Shown in pieces: positions 28,242-34,919 of a stretch of DNA of 64,000 nt (its first letter is position 1; each line of letters opens with the position of its first letter). The stretch comes from Anaerolineae bacterium. GTDB lineage: Bacteria > Chloroflexota > Anaerolineae > Anaerolineales > E44-bin32. The notes under the pieces were generated by a model that ran no database searches, was not told the DNA's origin, and was given only the letters and a program-made list of their open reading frames with translations. Location: assembly GCA_036986135.1 (NCBI GenBank), contig BTQZ01000004.1, positions 44,093 to 108,092 of the forward strand. Direction: 5' to 3'. Position numbers and translations under genes: made by a program.

Positions 28242-28853
28242 CTAGGGCGCGTTCGGCTCCGGAGCCTGATTGCGGAAGTTTCTCACGTATTGCTCGGCGA
28301 GATCTGCATCGAATTCATCGAAGCGCAGCATCCGGCCCCACGAGGTCATCACAACCGGTTCCTCAATAGAGGGCCACGGGAAGGCGATCACTTTGAAGTT
28401 CCCAACCCGGCTCATGACCTGCTTGATCCCATCTTTCAAGTCATCGCACTCAGACTCATTGAGAGCGTCGCAGTTGTACCAGAAGATCACGTATCCATGC
28501 TCCTGGCTATGCATAAGAGGGCCAGCTGGGAATTCACCGAACGAATCCACGCTTCCTGCATCATTGAATCCCGCCACTGCTGGCGAAGAGTACATCTGGC
28601 CTGAGGTCGGAGGATCCGAATTGTACGGCCCGGGATCGGAGCCATCGGCGACATGCGCCCTACTTTCCATCTCCTCCACTGCCTGGACCTGCGGGATCTC
28701 GACAAACTCACCGCTTTCACGCGCGCTGGCTTGGTTAACCAGCCACGCGATTCCCGCGATTGCGACAGCCGCGATCACCCCCCCAATGATGATGCTCCGC
28801 GTACGCTCTTTACGTCTCTTTGCCTTGATTCTTTCGCGCGTGGATTTGCTCAT
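28242..28853 (-). CDS. DUF3105-domain protein with N-terminal basic region and signal anchor
   Basis: 203 aa. KAKRRKERTRSIIIGGVIAAVAIAGIAWL anchor, and HSQEHGYVIFWYNCD resembles the DUF3105 core. Confidence 0.75.
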   Translation of the reverse strand: MSKSTRERIKAKRRKERTRSIIIGGVIAAVAIAGIAWLVNQASARESGEFVEIPQVQAVEEMESRAHVADGSDPGPYNSDPPTSGQMYSSPAVAGFNDAGSVDSFGEFPAGPLMHSQEHGYVIFWYNCDALNESECDDLKDGIKQVMSRVGNFKVIAFPWPSIEEPVVMTSWGRMLRFDEFDADLAEQYVRNFRNQAPEPNAP

Positions 28854-29080
28854 CTCACCTCCGGCAAAATCCTAGCATATCGAACGCTGCTGATGCGCGC
28901 CTCGTGGATGAGATAGCCATTAGAGATCCCTTTTCGCCGCTTTTCCGACGCGTGATCCATATCGATGATTTAGTGAAGAAAGTCAGATTGACGAAAGCCG
29001 ATGACCGTCATAAGGTTTGCAGGATAATCTGGACAGGGATTGGAACCGTGGCCGGTAATGATAGATTCCTCTCATCTTCA

Positions 29081-29383
29081 ATGAGTCGACGATTAGGCAC
29101 TCTTCTCGTTCTGCTAATTGCTATCAGCTTCACGACCAACTTCGTGATCGACGCGGACTGCAGCTCATCAGGGGTTGCAGGCGGTGACTGCGCTTTGTCC
29201 CGTGCACTTGGCCTGGAAGGCGGGGCCGCACCAGGGGCTGGCTGTGTCCATTGCGGTTTTCACTCGCCTTCCCCAGACGTAATTGACATCCCGGATCATC
29301 TGAATCACTGGCCGCCTCAGGATCCTGTCCTAGAAGCTGCATCTAACCTCTCTCCACCAAAGTTACCTCCCAAGCTCACCTAA
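29081..29383 (+). CDS. Possible small secreted or membrane-anchored Cys/His-rich protein
   Basis: Internal ATG of track ORF 28904..29383: MSRRLGTLLVLLIAISFTT... then C-x10-C and CVHCGFH. A TTGACG-17-TAAGGT promoter-like pair lies upstream. No homology recognised. Confidence 0.3.
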   Translation: MSRRLGTLLVLLIAISFTTNFVIDADCSSSGVAGGDCALSRALGLEGGAAPGAGCVHCGFHSPSPDVIDIPDHLNHWPPQDPVLEAASNLSPPKLPPKLT

Positions 29384-29526
29384 TAAACCAGTTCCGCACT
29401 TCGCCTCATCCGAGGGAGACATAAAGCCGGCCTGACTGCACGGCACATGGTCTTGTCCCGGTTGCGCACGGTGACCCTCGAATTGAAGAGCTATGAGTGC
29501 CTTAATTCTGACCATCGCCAACATCC

Positions 29527-29964
29527 ATGGACGACGGAGTGACTATGACACCCATTCGAGACCACATGAGACCGCGCACCGTTCTGCTTCTGGCTGCGCT
29601 GGCGGCCCTCATCCTGCCGCTGCTGGCGGCGTGCGGGAATCCGACTCCCCGGATCGTCGTTGAACCGACGTCGCAAGACCTGGGTGAACGGGCCCAGGAG
29701 CGGATCGAGCTGGCCTACACGGTGCGCAACGCGGGAGACGCCCTCTTGATAATCGAAAAGGTCAGCACCTCCTGCGGCTGCACCGTAGCGGAACTGGATC
29801 GTACGGAGATCCCACCCGGGGAAACAGCTCAGCTGCTCGTTTCGCTCGACCCGGTTGAGGACGACCTGTTCGGCGATGTGAAGCGCGTTATCTACCTGCG
29901 CAGCAACGACCCGGATGCTCCTGAGGTCTCCGTGGAATTCAATGTGCAGATCAACAAGCCCTGA
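29527..29964 (+). CDS. DUF1573-domain lipoprotein
   Basis: 145 aa. Lipobox LLAACG. ...VRNAGDALLIIEKVSTSCGCTVAEL... matches the DUF1573 SCGCT core. Confidence 0.8.
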   Translation: MDDGVTMTPIRDHMRPRTVLLLAALAALILPLLAACGNPTPRIVVEPTSQDLGERAQERIELAYTVRNAGDALLIIEKVSTSCGCTVAELDRTEIPPGETAQLLVSLDPVEDDLFGDVKRVIYLRSNDPDAPEVSVEFNVQINKP

Positions 29965-29978
29965 GCGGAGAGGCAACC

Positions 29979-30677
29979 ATGTTGAAAGGCTGGCTTGAGA
30001 AGCTCGCGGGGAGCAACACCCTCTATTACCCCGGCTGCGTCACCCGTTACGCGCTGCCCGAGGTGCAGGAGCGCTACGAGCACCTACTGCGCCGCGCCGG
30101 TGTAGATTTCATCGTCCTGCCCGGAGAAGCGCTGTGCTGCGGCAGCCCGGTGAAGCGCGCCGGATACGAGTCTGATTTTGAGGAACTAAAAGCGAAGAAC
30201 CTGGCGGTCTTCGCCCGCTTCAGCGTGCGTCAGGTTATCACCAATTGCCCCGGGTGCTACCACACCCTCAAAAATGACTACGAATTGGAAGCGTTCCATG
30301 TAACGCAGGTCCTGACCCAAGAAAACAGGCTCGACCTCGGGTCGGTCAACGGCGAGGCGCTCACCTACCACGATCCCTGTCATCTGGGGCGCTGGTCGGG
30401 GATCACCGAAGAACCGCGCCGGCTGCTGGCCGACGCCGGCTGGCAGGTGGCGGAATTGCCGGATAACCGGGAGAGCAGCCTGTGCTGCGGTGCAGGAGGA
30501 GGCCTAAAGTCCAACTTCCCGGAACTGGCAAACGCGATCGCAAAAGACCGCCTGGCGCAGGTGCAGAATGGGCGCCTGTGCACCGCCTGCCCGCTCTGCT
30601 ATGCACACTTCAAAGAGAACGCCGGCGAGATCGAAGTGCTGGAATTCAGCCAGGCACTCCTGGAGCAGGGGGCGTGA
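29979..30677 (+). CDS. Cysteine-rich (CCG) domain protein, GlcF/LutA/HdrD C-terminal type
   Basis: 232 aa. Two CCG motifs (YYPGC...ALCCGSP and HDPCH...SLCCGAGGG). Confidence 0.85.
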   Translation: MLKGWLEKLAGSNTLYYPGCVTRYALPEVQERYEHLLRRAGVDFIVLPGEALCCGSPVKRAGYESDFEELKAKNLAVFARFSVRQVITNCPGCYHTLKNDYELEAFHVTQVLTQENRLDLGSVNGEALTYHDPCHLGRWSGITEEPRRLLADAGWQVAELPDNRESSLCCGAGGGLKSNFPELANAIAKDRLAQVQNGRLCTACPLCYAHFKENAGEIEVLEFSQALLEQGA

Positions 30678-31855
30678 TGAACTTGGAGTTCCTGAAAACC
30701 TGCCTGGGCAGTGAGAATGTTTCCGCCCGCCCCGAAGATCTGCTGTCGTGCAGCCGGGATGCTTCTCGCATCGAGGGAGAATGCCTGGCGGTGGTCTGGC
30801 CGCGGGGCGCAGCTGACCTGGCAGAAGTGGTTGTATGGGCGCAGCGCGAGGGCGCGGATCTCACGCCGCGCGGCGCCGGGACCGGGCTGTGCGGTGGGGC
30901 CACGCCGCAGCGGTCGATCGTGGTCGACCTGTCTCGCCTGACCGAAATCGGGGATGTAGGGAGCGGGCGGAAGGGAGTGCGTGTGCAGGCGGGCGTTGTC
31001 ATTGGCCGACTTAACCGTCATCTACACCCATATGGACTGTACCTTCCGGTCGTTCCCGGCAGCCACCCCGCGGCCACCCTCGGCGGGATGATCGCCACCG
31101 ATGCCTCCGGCATGCATGCCGTGCGCTACGGCAGCATGCGAAGCTGGGTGGAGATCGTGACCATGGTGGATGGAACAGGGCGCATCCACCGGCTGAGCGG
31201 CGAGGCGCTGGAGGATGTCGTGGGCCGGGAGGGAGCGACCGGCCTGATTGTGGAAACCGAGCTGAAGCTGACGGAGCTCCCCGGGCAGCGCAGCCTGACG
31301 GTGCGGGCCTTTGACGACGCCACTGCTCTGCTGGCTCAACGAAGCCGCTGGCTGGAAGATCCTCGCCTGATGGCTCTGGAATATCTGAACGCCCGGGCCG
31401 CGAAGGTGGTCGGCTGGCCGGCCCGCCCGCACCTGCTGGCCGAATTTGAGGGCGACGGAGGAGAAATCGAGGATCTGGGCCGGATGGCTGATGTCTGGCG
31501 CAAGCGGGACAGCCTGGGGCCGCAACTTTCCCGCCGGGGCATGTCCATGAGCGAGGACCCTCAGGTGGACGGAGAGGCGCTGGCGGCCCTGATCGATTGG
31601 CTGGAGGCAGAGGGCATCCCGGCGTTCGGGCACCTCGGCACAGGGATTATTCACCCTCGCTTCCGCCCTGGTGATGAGCGCCTCATCAAGCTTTACGAGC
31701 AGGTGCAAGCATGGGGCGGCCGGATCAGCGGGGAGCACGGGATCGGTTTGAAAAAGCGGCGCTGGACCGGCCCAGAATTTCGGGAGGAAGTCCGGCAGCT
31801 GAAAGATCGCTACGATCCAAGCCGCCTCATCAACCGAGGCAAGCTATGTTCGTAG
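30677..31855 (+). CDS. FAD-linked oxidase (GlcD/D-lactate dehydrogenase family), short form
   Basis: I start at the ATG at 30677 (MNLEFLK...), which overlaps the upstream stop as GTGATGA. FAD_binding_4-like PRGAGTGLCGGA. Confidence 0.85.
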   Translation: MNLEFLKTCLGSENVSARPEDLLSCSRDASRIEGECLAVVWPRGAADLAEVVVWAQREGADLTPRGAGTGLCGGATPQRSIVVDLSRLTEIGDVGSGRKGVRVQAGVVIGRLNRHLHPYGLYLPVVPGSHPAATLGGMIATDASGMHAVRYGSMRSWVEIVTMVDGTGRIHRLSGEALEDVVGREGATGLIVETELKLTELPGQRSLTVRAFDDATALLAQRSRWLEDPRLMALEYLNARAAKVVGWPARPHLLAEFEGDGGEIEDLGRMADVWRKRDSLGPQLSRRGMSMSEDPQVDGEALAALIDWLEAEGIPAFGHLGTGIIHPRFRPGDERLIKLYEQVQAWGGRISGEHGIGLKKRRWTGPEFREEVRQLKDRYDPSRLINRGKLCS

Positions 31856-32199
31856 AACGCCAAGAGAATCCGCCCTGCATTGAATGCGGGCTCTGCCGGG
31901 AGGCCTGCCCGGTCTTTACGGTCGTGCGTCAGGAATCGGTCAGCCCGCGCGGGCACGCGATTCTGGCCGGTGGCGGCTTGCCGGCCCTCACCTTTTACCA
32001 GTGCACGCTCTGTCGGACCTGTCGGGTGGTTTGCCCCGTGGATCACGACCCAGAGGGCGAGAGAATTCGCGCTGGCCTGGTGGCTCACGGCCTCGAAACC
32101 GAAGCAAACCGGGAGATGATCGCCAATATCCGTGAGTACGGGAATCCCTTTGGATCGTTGAAAGATGGAGAAATCCCAAAGACTCTAACCTGCTGTTAG
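31846..32199 (+). CDS. 2x[4Fe-4S] ferredoxin-domain protein (GlcF N-terminal type)
   Basis: ATG at 31846 overlaps the end of the oxidase gene. CIECGLCREACP and CTLCRTCRVVCP cluster motifs. Confidence 0.75.
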   Translation: MFVERQENPPCIECGLCREACPVFTVVRQESVSPRGHAILAGGGLPALTFYQCTLCRTCRVVCPVDHDPEGERIRAGLVAHGLETEANREMIANIREYGNPFGSLKDGEIPKTLTCC

Positions 32200-32210
32200 G
32201 AGCCAAACCT

Positions 32211-33422
32211 ATGCGCTTCAATCTGCGCCTGCTCATTCCGATCTTCGCCTGGCTGACCGTGACAGGCGGCGCTAGTACGGCACAAGCCGCCAGCCTGCAG
32301 GCCGTCATCTACTACAACGAGGCCTGCGACGAGTGTGTGAAGTACATCGAGGGCTCGCTGATCGACATCCTATCGGACTACGAAGTGACGGTCGTCAGAA
32401 AAGACTACATCAACCAGCCGGAGAACCGGCGCGAGCTGAACCAGCTCAACGAAAAGCTGGGCATTCCGCTGGATCTGCAAAGCCACCTGGCGGTCTACAT
32501 CGACGGCGGTCGCATCATCCTGATGGGCGAGCCCCCCGAGGCCGTGGTGCGCGAACTACTCGAATCGCCAGTCGGAACCTTCGAAAGGATCCTTGTTTAT
32601 CGCGATGAAGGCGCGGGCGAAGGCGATATGTACCAGGCGTGGGCCTTCGCAGGCCCGGTCCGGAGCTACCCAAGCAGCAGCCCCATGCAGAGTTATCTGG
32701 ATTGGTTCGAGGCCAATCGGGCGGACTTCAGCAGCGAACAACTTGAAAAAACCAGCCTCCTGCTGCCGACGGTGCTGTTGGCCGGCCTGGTCGACGGGGT
32801 GAACCCGTGTGCCATCGCCATTCTGCTGTTCTTTATCACCTTCCTTTATTCCATCCGCAAGTCCACCGCCTCGGTGGCCAAGATGGGAGCCGTCTACATT
32901 GGCGCGGTGTATGGCGTGTACTTCCTGATCGGACTGGGGCTGCTGCGCGCCTCCACTCTGGTCCAGGGCCACTGGCTGGGGCTGATCGGGGCAGCCCTGC
33001 TGATCCTGTTCGGCCTGATCAACTTGCTGGGCGCGCTCTTTCCCCGGTTTCCGATCCGGTTGGAGGTGCCCTCAAAGAGCAAGGAATCGCTCAAGAACTG
33101 GATGTACCGAGCCACCCTGCCTACTACGCTGGTGCTTGGTGTTCTGGTTGGCATCCATGAGTTCCCATGTTCCGGTGGCCCATACGTGGCGGTCCTAGGC
33201 CTGCTGGGCAGCCAGGCGAGTTTCGCGGAGGGCCTAGCTTACCTGGTGCTCTATAACCTGATGTTCGTGATCCCTCTCATCGTCGTGCTGATCCTTTCGA
33301 TGGATAAGGTGCTGGGCAAGAAGATGCAGGCCTGGGAGCGCTCATCGTCGCGGAGGGTGCGCGCCGTGACCGGCGCCTCGATGGCGGCTCTCGGCGTCAT
33401 CATGCTCATTTGGGTCCTTTGA
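32211..33422 (+). CDS. CcdA/DsbD-type thiol-disulfide electron-transfer membrane protein fused to an N-terminal periplasmic CxxC domain (DUF411/CopG-like)
   Basis: 403 aa. Signal peptide, then YYNEACDECVKY...KLGIPLDLQSHLAVYIDGG..G.PP..VRELLESP. The membrane core has DGVNPCAIAILLFF and HEFPCSGGPY (the two conserved Cys of CcdA/DsbD_2). Confidence 0.8.
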   Translation: MRFNLRLLIPIFAWLTVTGGASTAQAASLQAVIYYNEACDECVKYIEGSLIDILSDYEVTVVRKDYINQPENRRELNQLNEKLGIPLDLQSHLAVYIDGGRIILMGEPPEAVVRELLESPVGTFERILVYRDEGAGEGDMYQAWAFAGPVRSYPSSSPMQSYLDWFEANRADFSSEQLEKTSLLLPTVLLAGLVDGVNPCAIAILLFFITFLYSIRKSTASVAKMGAVYIGAVYGVYFLIGLGLLRASTLVQGHWLGLIGAALLILFGLINLLGALFPRFPIRLEVPSKSKESLKNWMYRATLPTTLVLGVLVGIHEFPCSGGPYVAVLGLLGSQASFAEGLAYLVLYNLMFVIPLIVVLILSMDKVLGKKMQAWERSSSRRVRAVTGASMAALGVIMLIWVL

Positions 33423-33654
33423 ACAGCATATGAGCCACCTGACACAACCATCGGCCCTCCAGATCGGGTGCGGATCTTCGAACCGACCATCGGCGACGCG
33501 CTCCGAACCCGTACCAGACGAACCAGTCATGATCGCCAGCCAAACGATCCAACTTGAGGAGCAATTAATGGATTCTTGAAGCGCAGTAGCGTATCTATGG
33601 GCGCAATGAGTGTCTGATTCATAAAGAATGAAAACCGTGAAAAGGAGACAAATC

Positions 33655-34320
33655 ATGAGCAAATCGAGAATCGCCGCGCGGCGCGCAAAAGCGCGACGAA
33701 GGCGCAATCTCACCTACGGATTGGTGGGAATACTGATGGCACTGGGTCTGACCTTTTTCATTGTCACCCGCGTTAGACGCAGTCTGATTCCGCTTCCAGA
33801 TCCTACGGACAAAAGCAGAGGAGAGCCCAGTGCGCCGGTTATCGTCGAGGAGTATGGCGACTTCCAATGACCGTACTGCCGGCAGTTTGCCACTGGCGCG
33901 GAGCGTCAGCTTCAAGAGGAGTACGTCGCAACCGGCAAGGTCCGTTTCGTCTTCCGCCACTTCGCCGTTATCGGACCCGAGTCGCAATGGGCCGCGGAGG
34001 CGACCGAATGCGCGGGAGAGCAGGGGCAGTTCTGGGAGTATTACGATAAGTTGTTCGCCGAACAGGCCGGCGAAAATATCGGCGCCTACAGTAAGGGCAA
34101 TCTGAAGCGTTTTGCCGCCGAGCTCGGACTCGACACGGGTAGCTTCGAGCAGTGCCTGGACACGAAAAAATACAAACAAGTCGTCGAGCAGGAAACTCGC
34201 TCCGGCCAGCGGAGCGGTGTGCGCGGCACGCCGACTCTGTTTGTCAATGGGCAACTGATTGAGAACGGAGCCAACTACCAGGTGCTGCGAGCCGCGATCG
34301 AAGAAGCTTTGCAGGAATAG
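33655..34320 (+). CDS. DsbA/BdbD-like thioredoxin-fold oxidoreductase with an in-frame TGA (33868..33870) at the first active-site Cys: candidate selenoprotein, otherwise a nonsense pseudogene
   Basis: AAAAGGAGA RBS 6 nt before the ATG at 33655, and a signal anchor GLVGILMALGLTFFIV. ...VIVEEYGDFQ-TGA-PYCRQF... continues in frame without a further stop to 34320 and keeps the GTPTLFVNG cis-Pro loop. Confidence 0.6.
33893..33909 (+). promoter_or_regulatory. Candidate SECIS-like hairpin downstream of the in-frame UGA
   Basis: CUGGCGC-GGA-GCGUCAG (6 Watson-Crick pairs plus 1 G-U). The apical loop starts 29 nt after the UGA and begins with G. Confidence 0.35.
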
Positions 34321-34337
34321 TCGCTGGAGTTATTCCG

Positions 34338-34369
34338 ATCGGCAGCTTGCCGATGCGCGATCGGCAAGC
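34338..34369 (+). terminator. Hairpin region after the DsbA-like gene (two mutually exclusive stems), no U-tract
   Basis: CTTGCCGAT (34346..34354) can pair with ATCGGCAAG (34360..34368; 10 bp including the flanking G-C pair) or with ATCGGCA (34338..34344). Confidence 0.3.
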
Positions 34370-34380
34370 CGTAGGCTAAG

Positions 34381-34400
34381 ATATCATCCTATAATGATAT
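34381..34400 (+). promoter_or_regulatory. Inverted repeat overlapping a TATAAT box upstream of the first ArsR gene (candidate autoregulatory operator)
   Basis: ATATCAT-CCTATA-ATGATAT with TATAAT at 34390..34395. The -35 element is poor. Confidence 0.4.
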
Positions 34401-34422
34401 GTTGATATTTAAGAGGCCCACC

Positions 34423-34779
34423 ATGCCGATGACGATCGACAAGAAACGGTTAGCTCTGAAGGCTAAGCTCTTCCGCGGCTTTGGCGACCCTTCTCGCCTC
34501 AGCATCCTGGAGGCGCTGTTGGGTGGCCCAATGGCCGTGAGTGAGATCGTTGAAGCGACGGGCCTGTCTCAACCAAACGCCTCCAACCACCTCGGCTGCC
34601 TCCGCGATTGCGGGCTGGTCACTTCAGAGCAGCACGGTCGCAACGTGATCTATGGACTGAGCGATGATCGGGTTGGCGACCTGCTGGGGTTGGCCGATAC
34701 GCTGCTGGCCGATGTCGCCAGGGGAGTATTCCTTTGCACGCGCTATACAGCAGAGGTAGCAGCCCCTCTGGATCCTTGA
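34423..34779 (+). CDS. ArsR/SmtB-family metalloregulator
   Basis: I start at the ATG at 34423 (AAGAGG 6 nt upstream), because the ATG at 34399 lies inside the promoter. HTH SRLSILEALLGGPMAVSEIVEATGLSQPNASNHLGCLRDCGLV. Confidence 0.85.
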   Translation: MPMTIDKKRLALKAKLFRGFGDPSRLSILEALLGGPMAVSEIVEATGLSQPNASNHLGCLRDCGLVTSEQHGRNVIYGLSDDRVGDLLGLADTLLADVARGVFLCTRYTAEVAAPLDP

Positions 34780-34799
34780 ATCGGAGTCGGCAGGCAGCC

Positions 34800-34916
34800 A
34801 TGAAGCCTTTCATCACCACCATCAGTTTGCTCTTTGCTGGTCTCGTGGCGGCCCACTTGTGGTGGTGGCTGGCCATGCGGCAGCCATGCCGTGGACCGCT
34901 GAAGGATAAATCCTAA
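34800..34916 (+). CDS. Possible 38-aa single-TM peptide between the ArsR gene and the P-type ATPase gene
   Basis: MKPFITTISLLFAGLVAAHLWWWLAMRQPCRGPLKDKS. GGAG lies 13 nt upstream. It ends 4 nt before the ATPase start. Confidence 0.3.
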   Translation: MKPFITTISLLFAGLVAAHLWWWLAMRQPCRGPLKDKS

Positions 34917-34919
34917 GAG

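Noticed and set aside
30482-30676. N-terminal extensions of track ORFs (30482, 31711, 25983, 37855, 38771, 40968, 46015, 51018, 58844, 60373, 63081, 63206)
   Set aside because: These extensions overlap the preceding gene or are Arg/Pro-rich. Internal starts with an RBS, stop-start overlaps or lipoprotein signals give family-typical N-termini.
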